A stretch of 63,319 bases of DNA, counting the filler, from Octopus bimaculoides (taxonomy: Eukaryota): the NCBI RefSeq assembly GCF_001194135.2. It is 10 parts of 8 records of this genome, joined end to end, with 100 filler letters (N's around TTAATTAATTAA, not from the genome) between each part and the next. Parts side by side here need not be neighbours in the genome. Positions count along the whole stretch, not along the records: positions 1 to 18,566 come from NC_069006.1; positions 18,667 to 23,113 come from NC_068983.1; positions 23,214 to 33,008 come from NC_068983.1; 7 more parts are not named here. One strand, 5' to 3'. The notes beneath the pieces are model-generated. The model worked only from the letters and a program-made list of their open reading frames with translations. It had not been told where the DNA came from and ran no database searches. The position numbers and the translations under genes were made by a program. Numbering within the stretch: the first letter of the stretch is position 1; every line of letters begins with the position of its first letter. This document shows positions 14,011-27,028 of the stretch, piece by piece.

Positions 14011-14579
14011 TATGGGGGATTTCTAAGCGAGTCAGCGGAACAAAGAGTGCCAAAAACGATATGAATACGGGGGTTAATGGAAGCTGACAAGACCCTCTTA
14101 ACTTTTTATTCAAGGAAAATCTAAGAATAACAATACGAAAATAAGGGGAAAAAAGAGCGAAAATGCAAATGAATTGCAAGTTTGATGACGAATGTCTGCA
14201 CCCGTAACATTACTTAAGGTAACTTGCACTCATCCACCTTTTGTCAAGAAATTGCAGCCCGTTGTATACAATGAGGGCGGCTACATCCGTTGTTATTTAT
14301 ATTTTGTTATTTTCTTCATTCTTCCCGCCATTATTCATCTAGTTTCACTTTCGGTTTCAATTCATTAACATTATTGTTGTGCATGCCACTGCTGCTGGTG
14401 GTGATGTTGTTGCTGTTGTTGTTGTTGTTGTTGTTATTTGTAGTTTTGTTGCTGCAGATGTAGTTTCGTGTTATTATTATTGTTAATTATAATGTAGTGT
14501 GTTGTCATGATCAGCATTCAGTATCATCGTCATCATCGCCGTCATCAGCATCATGATCATCACTTTCATCACCACCACC

Positions 14580-14633
<54 letters not shown>

Positions 14634-15044
14634 GTCAACATCACCATAGGCACTTTGTTATTATTACCATTTTATTCGTGATATTATTGTTGTTGATGTT
14701 CCAGTAGATATGTATTTTTGTCGTGGCCATCTTTATAATTAATTTAGTTTATAATTCTTATCGCTTGAAATGTTGCTTCCGTTATTATATTTTAGACAGG
14801 CATGCACACTCACACACACGCTCACGCACTCACACACACACAGGTATGCATGTGTGTGAGTGTGTGTATGCGTGTGTGTATATATATATGTATCCCCACA
14901 CACACGCTCGCGCGCGCACGCACTCGTTTGGCTATCCTTATATCTGTTTGTATATCTAATTAACAATCTGTCTGTATATGTGTGGGATTATGCATGTCAA
15001 TATATGTAGGTATTTATGTAAATATAAAACTGTATGTACTTATG

Positions 15045-15096
<52 letters not shown>

Positions 15097-15244
15097 CGTA
15101 TGTATTTACACACACTCACACACACATACATATGTATAGTGTTTGAAGTATATATTTAGATACATATATATACGTATATGTTGTGAAGATGTATATATGT
15201 TTATAAAGAAGAGTATATACATTTAAATGTATATACATACATAC

Positions 15245-15295
<51 letters not shown>

Positions 15296-17378
15296 CGTGT
15301 GCATGTATGTATGCATGTATGTGTATGCATATTAATTTATGTGCATATACATCTATATTTAGATATATACGTTCCTTTCTTTCATAATATATTTTCCCTC
15401 ATCCTTCTTTTCAGCATCTTTATATGCCACCCTCTTCTCCCCTCTGTGCCCTTCTCTAGGAATCCAATAAGATTCCATTCCCTTCCCTATGTCCTATTCC
15501 TACATTCGGCATTTGGAACTTCTAGTCATTCAGCATTTCTATATATCAATTTAACTGTCTGCCAACCCTACCTCCGCATCCTCTCTGTATACCTGTTGTC
15601 TATTTTACCAAACTGTCCCCCTATTTTCTTTGTCTTTTCTCTCTGTGTCTAACTCATTCCCTCAGTCCGTCTATCTAGGAGCCTACATTTGGCCTTGGGC
15701 ATAAAACGTTTACGTACAGCCGCCTTGGCGTCGCGTATTTGGCGTCGCTATTTCGACGTTGAGTTTTTTGACATGAGACATAAATATTGCTTGACTTCTT
15801 TTGATGTTACATTTGTTCTATCATCCATTCTATCTCCCCCTCATCCCTTTTCTCCCTTCATCCTCTTTGACCTCTTCGCTAGAGTCAAGGAGCAGATGTG
15901 AAGGTCTGGAGATCTTCGGACCAGATTATGATTATTTAACTAAGCATCGTAGTTGATTTTCAATATGAAGAAAAGATTTCGAAACATTCTTTAGAAATAA
16001 CTATTGTGGATTGTATAAAGCTGCGCGCTTTTGACCGGAATTAAATCTGATAAAATACTGTCCACAAACATTTAATTGGTCATAAATCCGACAGAGACCG
16101 CATGGAAATGCATTGCTATTCGTAATGAACAGAAACAGAAATCAGGAAATATAATGAATTGCTTGATAGTATGATAGCCAAAATGTGAGAAGAAATTCTA
16201 AATTATGTGAGCACCAAAAGTATAGTTTCAATGGTTCGTAGATCTGATTTCGTTTCCAGAAATTACGGAAACCTGAGTACATATCGGTATCATATGACTT
16301 CATTCTTCGTTGTTTTTGAAGCATGCACTGGTTTTTATTGGAAAAAATTAAGTTTAAATGATTTCAGTTAATGAGACATTCACTTTTACTGGCGTCGTTG
16401 ATACTATCAATAATTGCATTAAACTGATTTACACTTCTCGTTTTTAAACTTGCAATATTTGAAATAATAAGGAATTCTCTTTCTCTCCTTATGTAGTTTG
16501 ATTAGTAAGTGGTTACAGGAGAAAATAATTAACTGCTACTCCTCCGTGTGCGCTGCCGTTTAAATTATGTGAAACATTGAATATTATATACGTATGTGAA
16601 CATGTATTCATATCTGTCTATATATGTCTGTATAGTATATAATCAAACATACACACCCTCCCATATATATACATAATACATACATACACGCACACGCACA
16701 CACACACACACACACACACACGTATATATATGTTAATATACATGTGTGTGTGGGGGTATTTATATATATGTTTATATATATGTATGTATGTATGTGTGGT
16801 TATATGTATATAAATGCATACACATGCACATGCATGCACAAACATACACATACACACGCACATACACACACGTATGGACACACATGTACAAACGCAAACA
16901 CACGCATATACACACACGCATATACACACCCGTATACACACACCCATATACACACACGCATATACACACGCATATACACACACACGCATACACACAAACA
17001 CCTACACATACACATACACGCACGCACATATATGTATACACACACACATATATATACACATATACGCATACACACACATACATACAGACGTGTGTCTTTG
17101 CCCACGCACATAAACACACTCGTTAGGCCTCATTTTCCCCACCCCACCCCTCCACTCCTTACTGTTCATTATACAATACAACCAAACTCAGTCCCGAATT
17201 CTATATATTTCATTCTATCATTTTTTATGCCAATATTCATTCATTCATTCATTCATTCATTCATTCATTCATTCATTCATTCATTCTTGTCGTTGGTGTT
17301 TTTGTTGTACGTCCAGATAAGTCTATTTGCTATATATGGTCCTGCGTAACTTACCAAAGTTTTTCTTCTACTACTACA

Positions 17379-17424
<46 letters not shown>

Positions 17425-17504
17425 TTAATACCACTACCACCACCACCACTATTACTTGTACTAACACCACTACTACTAACACCACCACCACCACCACCAC
17501 CACC

Positions 17505-17562
<58 letters not shown>

Positions 17563-17939
17563 TAACCACTACCACCACCATTACTACTTCTATTACTATT
17601 ACAATTCCATTGTTCTTTTTCTTCCTCTCCTCCACCTTTTTCTCCTCCTCTCCCTCCCACCACTCCACCAGTCTGTTTAAACCCCAGGAAATGAAACACA
17701 AAGGTGTGTTGTCAACTGAAATCCCTGACATGCATTATGAAACTACCTGATGATGCAATATTCTCTGACAAAGTCATAGGAGCTGCCGTTCTGCACATCA
17801 CGAAATACTTGCCCTCCAAACACTTTCTCTGCTTCAAACTGTCTGCCATGTTGTAATTAGAAAATACTTCTCTCATAAAGGTTACAACACATTATTTTCA
17901 ATACATTTTTTTTTTCTTACACAAGATTTTCATTATTTA

Positions 17940-18286
17940 TTTATTTATTTATTTTATTTTATTTTATTTTATTTATTTGCTCTTGCTTATTTATTTATTT
18001 ATTAGCATTTGTTTATTTATTTTTCCATTGCTTTTGTTATTATTGCCATTTTTGTTGGTGTTGTTGCTGTTGCTGCTGATGCTGCTGCTGATGTTGTTGT
18101 TGATACTCCACATCATTTGCTTCTGTTTCTCTTTCTGTCCCGCTTCCCCTATTCCTTTTCATCATCATCATCAACGTTACCACCACCACCGCCACCCACA
18201 TCACCCCTCCACCATCATCATCACTATTGTCACCATCATCATCACGATCATATCATCTTCGTCTTTTTATCATCATCATCATCATA

Positions 18287-18352
<66 letters not shown>

Positions 18353-18566
18353 GTTATTATTATTGTTATTATTATTGTTATTATTATTATTATTACTGTT
18401 ATTATTATTGTTATTATTATTATTATTGATATTATTATTACTATTATTATTATTATTATTATTATCATTATTATTATTATTATTATTATTGTTATTATTA
18501 TTATTATTGATATTATTATTACTATTATTATTGTTATCATTATTATTATTATTAATATTACTATTA
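17940..18566. repeat. Compound microsatellite field (TTTA, GTT/GCT, CAT/CAC, long TTA)
   Basis: Seen directly. It is representative of dozens of (CA)n, (TA)n, (CATA)n, (GATA)n, (TAA)n and (CAT)n tracts, which also flank most gaps. Confidence 0.95.
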
Positions 18567-18666
18567 NNNNNNNNNNNNNNNNNNNNNNNNNNNNNNNNNN
18601 NNNNNNNNNNTTAATTAATTAANNNNNNNNNNNNNNNNNNNNNNNNNNNNNNNNNNNNNNNNNNNN
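18567..18666. other. 100-bp scaffold-join gap padded with TTAATTAATTAA (one of nine)
   Basis: Structure is N44-TTAATTAATTAA-N44. Pads lie at 18611, 23158, 33053, 47329, 49671, 55956, 57404, 60463 and 62153. Confidence 0.95.
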
Positions 18667-18669
18667 GTT

Positions 18670-18717
<48 letters not shown>

Positions 18718-18864
18718 GTAGGTAGGTAGGTATGTAGGTAGGCAGGCAGGCACGTAGGTAGGTAGGTAGGTAGGTAGGTAGGTAGGTAGGTAGGTAGGTA
18801 GGTAGGTAGGTAGGTACATACATACATAGAAACGAAGTAATGTGTCCTTACCAGAAATTGATAC

Positions 18865-19074
18865 TGGTTTCAAATTTTGGCACAAGTCCAGCAATTTCGG
18901 AGAAGGCGCTAAGTCAATTGAGTCGACCCCACTGCTCAGTTGGTACTTTATCGACCCCGAAAGGATGAAAGGCACAGTCGACACCGACAGCATTTGAACC
19001 CAGAACATATAGACGGACGAAATGCCGCCAAGCATCTTGCCAGGCGTGTTAACGATTCTTACCACTAGCCACCC
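18865..19074 (-). mobile_element. SINE family A copy
   Basis: Matches family motifs GGTTTCAAATTTTGGCACAA and ATCGACCCCGAAAGGATGAAAGGCA. Confidence 0.85.
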
Positions 19075-21669
19075 TACTAGCAGCAATTAATATTGCAAAG
19101 CAAAATATTATGTCTTTACCAGCAATTAACACGTACGTACCAGTTGACAGCAATGTGTTTAATATGTAAATTGGTTTGTCCAATAGTGTTACACCACTAT
19201 ACTTAGTGGGTAATTTAAGAAATATGTTTGTGGATCGTTCACGGGTTGGATGTGGAGCTGATGAAAGTGTAATAACGATTGAAATATATTTTCTATCTTT
19301 GATCACATTGTTTGCATTGACGTATTCATATACGAAATGTCGTAAATTGCAGCATTGACTCTACGAAAATTTAAGATAGTATTGACTTACAAACCTTTAA
19401 TATACTCAGTAGTATATAATGGTTGCAAAACGAAACAGTGTCGTTACCAGCAGCTAATATACAAAATTATATATGTATGCATGTTGGTTTATAGGTGTGT
19501 GCATGTTAGTCATGTGGCTGGTTGAAACGATATCAGAATCAATCTCACCAAATGTGTCAACACAAAACGATGAAACATTCAATCAGCTGTTCACTTGAAA
19601 TATTAATAGAAACCAATATGTTAATACTACATTTGTTTACTCGAGCTATACAGTTGTTAACTTCTACTAATAGCATATATACTTTCATACATGAGCACAC
19701 ACACAAACACTCACGCACTTACTACAAGTAACCAATAACCAGTCATCGTTGAACCTCCACCTGAAACAGAGTATTTCGGCTTGTTAGAAATAGCTATTAC
19801 GTCTCCCTTTCATTATATACCATCTTTTAAAAAATACACTGGATAATGTGATAGAAAAAGAACATTTACGTGTTGATATGTACAGTTGCCAGGAAGAGCA
19901 GGAAAGCCGGAATGTCTTAAAGTGTGGTCCTACGACGATAGATGGGGCAAAACGTCCCCTCCCCTCATTAGTTTATTGTAGTTCCGAATGTTATCCTTAT
20001 ATGATATAATCCAAGATACATAGTGTGAAAGATGGCATGATTACAGCTTGAATTACGTTAAACATAAGTCTGCTTGATCAGATCAAAGTTGACGTAGGCT
20101 AAACATCAACAACAACAGATATACAAATGATACCATGTTAAATAAACAAGCCTCAATGTGAAGGATAATCTTCTATCGAATATTCCAAGGATAGATTACG
20201 AAGTAACTTCTGGTTGCCTTCTGTTAATTGGTGTGAAGCTGATAGATGTTTCCCAAGGTTTGGTACATGTTCGCAACTTCTATTTAAATTGTTCAACACA
20301 GAGTTAAATATCCAGTTGAAAGATCTGCAACATGCTTACTCTCTAAATGTAATACTGTTTTATCGATTTGCTTCTTGCTTTTTTTTTTACATTTGGCTCT
20401 TATGTTTCTATTATTATATAAGTCATACACTGAACTATCTGTGGTTGCTTATAATTTTGGTTTCTTATTTTAAGAAGTGAAGCCAAACAATAATCAGGAA
20501 GTTCTGTAAAGATAACAAATACTATAATTTACCAACTTTTGGCAAGTGTCTTTGCAATGAATCGGAGATAAACTCTCACGAAACTTAGATTTCTGCCTTA
20601 CATCTTTTTTTTATTTTGATTTTTAGGTGGGGCGTTTGTAATTTTGTTTTATATTAATGCTTATATACATTACTGGTTGTCAGTTTATAAATATCGAGAG
20701 GAATGTATAAATAGATAGGTGTATCAACTAAAACAATAAACAATTGAATATTCCCACTATGTTATTTTTATTTCTTATATTCCAGATAAACTTACTGATA
20801 ATGTGTCTTATCTTTCATTTATTATTATCTGCAGGGTGAGTATGTATGTCTCACAAGAATTTATTCAGCTTCGATGTATGCAAGGGTGTATACTCTTCCA
20901 TACAATTATTTCAAATTGAATAAGGTTATCGTATTTGAATCAACTTGAAGAAAATGAAATGAAACTAGATCGATTGTCCACTTCACACAACTTCAATTTT
21001 CATACTCATAAATCTTCCGTTATCCGACTCAGAAGTTCGGTTGTCCGGCTCCTTCAGTTTTGCTTGTCACACCCACTCCACACTGGACGTTAATTCAACA
21101 CATCTTTCGTAGTGAATCAGTTACAGGTTCACTTGACAGGTTCATGCAACTCCAAGTAGCAAATGTATTTGTGGTCATAATTTTGGTGGTCAGGTCCACA
21201 CAACATATTTTCGATTATCAACTCCACACAACGTCGGAGGCAAAACAATAACGCAGAAGATTGAAGAGATACAAGCCATGAGATTTTCTTTTCTATCAGA
21301 AATTGGTACTTATTATGCCCGATTGAGTGTTTCTCACCTTGCACTCATTATCAGACTTATATCACTACATGATTAATTGCATATATTACTGACTTATGTA
21401 TACCTAACCTTGACTGTATCAACTTAGAATGAAATCTAATAAGTTCGAAATTGTCGTGTTTCTTTTATAGTTTGAATGCTCCTTTTCCTTGACGTCTCGA
21501 GTCAAAACGTACTTTAAGACAAACTTAAATATATGTTAATGTTGCTATTTCTACAGATTTATATTTACTCCTCCCGTATGTGTGTATTTTATAAGAGAAA
21601 ACATGTAACAATTGAAGAAAAATATCGATGTCATACACGTCAAGTTATTGAAGTATTCATGCTGCATTA

Positions 21670-22070
21670 AGAGGGAATATTTCTTTATAAACAATGTTCT
21701 TTGTTTTATTTCTGGGTGCATAAGCAAAGATTTGCTCCCACACGTGATGATCGTACATAAAGTTGGTCATTTAAAAAGTATGGTTCTTCAAGTTGCAGCC
21801 CAGCAACTTTTAGTGTTTGGCCCTGAGTTTTATTAATTCTCATGGCAAAAGAAAGTGGGATAGGAAACTATGACTGCTTAAATTGGAATGGGACATTAAA
21901 TGGTATAACTGGTATGCAAGGCAAGAAGACGGTGTCACGTTTACCACAACCAATGAGAATATTTGCCTCAATGCAGTTCCTCATAAGTTTGTGTACAATT
22001 AGTGTTGTACCATTGCATAATTTTTTTCGAAACAAATTAGGTAATAGCATAATAGCTTCTTCTGAACCAG
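21670..22070 (-). pseudogene. Helitron RepHel Pif1-like helicase C-terminal fragment
   Basis: Minus strand reads IMLLPNL..KLCNGTTLIVHKLMRNCIEANILIGCGKRDTVFLPCIPVIPFNVPFQFKQS*FPIPLSFAMRINKTQGQTLKVAGLQLEEPYFLNDQLYVRSSRVG...KTKNIVYKE. This follows the Helitron/Pif1 consensus (LCNGTRL, FAMTINKSQGQ, GQLYVA.SRV). Confidence 0.9.
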
Positions 22071-22295
22071 GTACTTTCACTTTGCCGGAGAAAGAAAGAG
22101 ACAAAATTTTGATTTTATGTATATATAGAAAAAAAGCATAATAGCTTCCTCTGAAACATTTACTTACATTTTGCTGGGCAGATAGAATCTCTCTTTTATA
22201 TATGTAGATAGATTAATTTAAAGCGGTCGATAAAATAAGTACTAGTCGAGTACAGGAGACGATATAATCGATTTATCCCTTCCCTAAATTAATTT

Positions 22296-22497
22296 AGGGT
22301 AGCGAGTTGGCAGAATCGTTAGCACTTCAGGAAAAATACAAGCAGAATTTCGCCCGTCTTTTGTCTGTCTGAGTTCAAATTCCGCTGAGGTTGATTTTAC
22401 CTTTATTCCCTTTCGGAATCGATAAAATAGGCACCTGTTAAGCACTGAGGTTGATGTAATTACCCCGAAATTGCTGGTCTTGTGCCTAAATTTGAAA
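22296..22497 (+). mobile_element. SINE family A copy
   Basis: Contains GCGAGTTGGCAGAATCGTTAGCAC...GAGTTCAAATTCCGC. A 3'-half fragment of the same family precedes it at about 22225-22290. Confidence 0.85.
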
Positions 22498-22834
22498 GCT
22501 ATATCAATAAATTAATCAATAGACACGATAGAACAGTAGATATGTCGCAACTTGGTAATGAGTTACTCATCTGCTTGTCATAAGTTTGACAACCGCAAAG
22601 ATAAACGTTACTCTTCGTTCCAACGGAGTAGACAGGGTTGTTCTCTGTCAAAGGTACTCTACTCCTAAAACGTGTGACCTCGTACTTATATTTACAATAT
22701 AATCCATTTTAAACTTTACAGCAGTGGACAACATATCATGCGGTATTGCGTCACTGTAACCTCACATCCTACTAGGATTTGTTTTTATCGCTTCATCTTG
22801 GGCTGCTACAATTAAGCACTCCGTTTCTTTCAGT

Positions 22835-22908
<74 letters not shown>

Positions 22909-23411
22909 TTATGTTTGACTTTTGTTTTGCATTTGTACAAGTTGGATCCAAGTCTCACCCAGAGACCTCAAGAGACAACAAGTTAGAAGTTCATGTAGGT
23001 GTTATGCCTAGAGTACCATATATTTGGATTTGTACAGTTTTGTTCAAGTGAATGTTTAAGAAACCATAAGAAAATTATGTGTTTGCTTTAAAATTTGAGA
23101 TCACATAGACAGTNNNNNNNNNNNNNNNNNNNNNNNNNNNNNNNNNNNNNNNNNNNNTTAATTAATTAANNNNNNNNNNNNNNNNNNNNNNNNNNNNNNN
23201 NNNNNNNNNNNNNGAACAGGTCGCGGTTTCAAAGCGACTAAAATATTTTGACAAATTAAAATTGAATGTTGAAATGAATCTAACGGTTTTTGTGTGTTTT
23301 CCAAATGGCTTATAAACACCTTCCACGATGCAATTGTTTTTGTTTCAGCACACGATCTCAGATTAAGTCACTTGCTATGCAAGTACATCTTCGTAATATG
23401 CGTGTGTGTGT

Positions 23412-23560
23412 ATGAAGGGTTTCTTTCAGTTTCTGTCTACCAAATCCACTCACAAGGCTTTGGTTGGCCTGAGGCTATAGTAGAAGACACTTGTCCAACG
23501 TGTCACGCAGTTAGAATAAACCCGGGACCATGTAGTTGAAAAGCAAACTTCTTACCACGT
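23412..23560 (-). mobile_element. SINE family B copy
   Basis: Reverse complement of the 582-730 sequence (TTTCAGTTTCTGTCTACCAAATCCACTCACAAGGCTTTGGTTGGCCTGAGGCTATAGTAGAAGACACTTG). Confidence 0.88.
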
Positions 23561-23718
23561 ATTTTCTTATCACTTTTCTATAATTTATAGCTAGCTTTGA
23601 GTCAAGAAAAGCAATCAGTTTAATGTAAGAAAATTGCTGATACTTGAAGATTGTCAAGTGACTTCGGTATACCATACATATATACATACATACATACATA
23701 CATACGTACATACATACA

Positions 23719-23749
<31 letters not shown>

Positions 23750-24003
23750 GTATGTTTGTTTGTATGTATGTAAGCCGAATACATACACAGAACAAACTGA
23801 GTGTAAAATATATAATCTATATACTTTAATAACTGATAGATAAACTAATTGCTAAGTCTCTCGTAACTTCAGTCTAGATCGTAATTTTTTTTCTTTTCGA
23901 ATATTTTATTTTACAGTATCATATAATATTGGAGTTTATAGGTTTATCTGTTTATTTATTTCACTTTTCCAATACACTTCTATTATTATCATCATCATTA
24001 TCA

Positions 24004-24070
<67 letters not shown>

Positions 24071-24384
24071 CTGTGTTTTTGATACGATCACTTGCCGGGT
24101 CAAGCCCAGCGACCTAGGGCCAGTGAAGGTTAACAGATATTAAAGATGTAATTGAATAATTGAAAGGTTGGGGAGAGAAAGTGGGAAGGACTGTACAGAA
24201 ATACTTTCATACAACACAACAGATTTTTTTATTAATATTATTATGTATAATGAAAGATAATAAAAAGATAGGTTTAAACAATATATAAATTATGATAGCA
24301 TTATAAATTTGAAATTAAAGTGAATCTAATTTTAATTATAAGTATATTACATGAACACTTTAATACAAATCATTTAATTTAAAT

Positions 24385-25150
24385 TAATAGAGTCTTTCTA
24401 AGGATATAGGAGATGCTTGTCAGCACAATCTCTTGAATTCTTGTGAGAGATAGATCTCCTGGGACGTTATCTAGATGTTTCTGACATCCCTTTTTTTTTT
24501 GTCAAACCCAGCATACCTACAATAACAGGGACAGTTTTCGCTTTATGATGTCATATTTTTTGTATTTCAATTTCTAGATCTTTATATTTACTGACTTGGT
24601 CAAATTCCTCAACAGATATATTCTTATTAGTGGGTACACTTACATCTATTAGTACGCTTTTTCTTTCCTGTCTTTAATAATTATGTTCGGTCAATTATCC
24701 TGGATTGTTCCGTAAGTACTATCAGGAAAATCCCAGTGGTTGGTAATATTTTCTCCTTCAACAACTGACTCAGGATGGTGTTAGCAGGAGTGTTGGTTTG
24801 GTAGTACTTAGATATGTTAGCAGGAGTGTCGATTTGGTTGTACTTACACATGTTGTAAATGTTGTCCTACTCTATCCTGATGATTTTAGTATCCTTTTGG
24901 TCTTAGCACAGAACAACTCGAAGCAAGATAGTTTCTTATTTTATCAGACTTGTTGCATAATCTGCATTTTGAAATCTGTTCCATGTTTAAGAATATTTGT
25001 CTGGTAATTTCTGATAACGACCTTAGGTCTTATGCCGTCAGTAGGAAGCCTTTAGTCTCTGCTTTCAATCCTGAACTCTTCAGGATGGGTTGTATCTTGG
25101 GTTGTATCTTGGTCAACATCGGCATTTTGGCTTTGGAGGGCATATAGTCT
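24385..25150 (-). mobile_element. R4/Dong-like non-LTR retrotransposon 3' fragment (CCHC finger plus restriction-like endonuclease), degenerate
   Basis: Minus strand, across stops and frameshifts: SSGLKAETKGFLL, KCRLCNK...SSCSVL, DRVGQ, HPESVVEGEN..HWDFP, PNIIIKD, LIDVSVP, SKYKDLEIEI, TVPVIVGMLG, IQEIVLTS..ILRKTL. Internal tandem duplications occur near 24781-24855 and 25087-25110. Confidence 0.85.
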
Positions 25151-25339
25151 TCGCCGAGACTTCTGACTCCATCGTTCCAGCGACACTACCCACACTCCTT
25201 TTCTTATCATTTTGTCTAAGAGAGTTTTGAAAACTCACCTGTTCATAGAAAAGCGAAATCTATAAACCTGTCTCCTTACATTAAAGCAAAATAGAAGTAA
25301 AAATTATGCCTATAACATCAAATCATATGGTTGCGATAC

Positions 25340-25545
25340 AGCCAAGCGCTGAAATTTCAAGCTCTTAGAAATGGCAGCCTAATCTCTCTCGAGTAAAACC
25401 CTTCTGTCATGAAAGAAAATGCATACTGGATAATGTAATTCGAATTTCATTGGATGCAGCGGATGGTCAAGGCTGGAACATCTATGATCATATGTCTCGC
25501 TATCCGATCAGGACTTACGTAAGGTTAAACAAAAACAACAACAAT
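25340..25545 (+). repeat. Dispersed SINE-like repeat with (CAA)n tail (family F)
   Basis: TTAGAAATGGCAGC...CTGGATAATGT...GATCA...AAACAACAACA, similar to 19785-19860 and 20005-20118. Confidence 0.5.
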
Positions 25546-25777
25546 CATTGCTCTAAAGTTATACTCACTCGCTCCGCAACTTTGTCATCCGGCGACAATA
25601 ATTTATAAGAAATCTTTAACTCCAGACCAATAATAAGTTTTCATTACTTTCTGTGTATAACAGTCACCCTTTGACACTCAGAGCTAGTATTATGAGAAAA
25701 AGAAAACTTCCTGCTGATCTGAATCTCGTTTAATGTTCAGTTACGTGACAGATTTGATCAAAAGCAAAATAATAATA

Positions 25778-25812
<35 letters not shown>

Positions 25813-26080
25813 AATAATAAAACGTCAGTTGATGAACGGAGAAATACAAAACGAGAACAGTAAATAAGGAAAAAACAATCTATTTCGTACATCAAACTAC
25901 GAAAACATTTCCATTAATAAAAGTTTTGTTTTATCCATCCTTCTTGCTTACGCAGACATATTCATCAATTGGGTATTAATTGTATAAATAATAAATAATG
26001 TGTACATTGTCGATCGATCGATCGACAGACAGACAGACAGACAGACAGACAGAAAGATAGATAGATAGATAGATAGATAC

Positions 26081-26134
<54 letters not shown>

Positions 26135-26208
26135 GTAGACATGTGTGTGTGACGGTGGGCGTGTATGTATGTGTAACATGTGTGTGTGTGTATGATGTAT
26201 CTAAATAT

Positions 26209-26242
<34 letters not shown>

Positions 26243-26357
26243 TGTGTGTGTATGTATGTATGTATGTATGTATGTATGTATTCTATTGTAGGTTTCAGCC
26301 AGAGGCTATAGCAACGCAGGGACACGGGCATTAAAAACAATTCCTGGCAGCGTTTGC

Positions 26358-26410
<53 letters not shown>

Positions 26411-26753
26411 TGCGTGTCTGTCTATTTGTTTATCAGTTTGTATGTATGTATGTATGTATGTATGTATGTATCTATGTATGTGTGTGCGTGTGTATATGTG
26501 TATATGTGTGTGTGTGTGTCTGTGTGAACGTGTATTTATGGGTATGCATGCGTGCGTTCGTGTTTGTGTGGGTGTGTACGGCTGAATAGTGAGAGCGCTG
26601 AAGACCAACACACATTTTCTATTACAGGCTGTTGTTATTTCCCTCTAACTGCTAGTACGGAACTGCTGCTTCATATCCAAACATTATAGACCAAATCTAA
26701 CGATGGCCATCTAAGACTTTACTCGCCAAAACAGAACGACATTAGGCACTATA

Positions 26754-26789
<36 letters not shown>

Positions 26790-26791
<2 letters not shown>

Positions 26792-26975
26792 TTCGTCACG
26801 ATAGTTCCTATCCCTCTAAATTTAGAATCTGCAAACTTCACTGCTTGCTCCGCTTCACCTCCTCTCGTGATTCCCCAACCACGCACTAAACATTTCGCCC
26901 CGAAGGTTTATAGCCAAGACTGAACTTCTCTGGAACTCCCCACCTCCTCATAACTTCGCTCTAATCTGCATTGAG
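26790..26975 (+). mobile_element. Probable CR1/L2-type LINE extreme 3' fragment, highly decayed
   Basis: Reads LVIPQPRTKHF... and LLWNS(H/P), resembling the IP..RT...SF..RT..LWN.LP C-terminal motif. Confidence 0.4.
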
Positions 26976-27028
26976 TTCAATAATCTTCTAAGTTTTGAGC
27001 ACTGCTGTTTTTCATCGGAATCAACACC

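Noticed and set aside
17277-17731. Ser/Gly-rich minus-strand ORF with a possible acceptor near 17672 and GTAAGT donor near 17355
   Set aside because: It is almost entirely CTA/CCA trinucleotide repeats, which stay open by default. There is no recognisable domain or partner exon.
17700-17875. Unique-looking, GC-balanced island with short open frames on both strands
   Set aside because: No recognisable motif, and splice signals are weak. I cannot distinguish an exon from a TE remnant without a search.
18611-18622. TTAATTAATTAA recurring nine times at irregular spacing
   Set aside because: It is always centred in N44...N44 (100 bp total) and has stops in all six frames. It is a scaffolding pad, not a genomic motif or CRISPR-like repeat.
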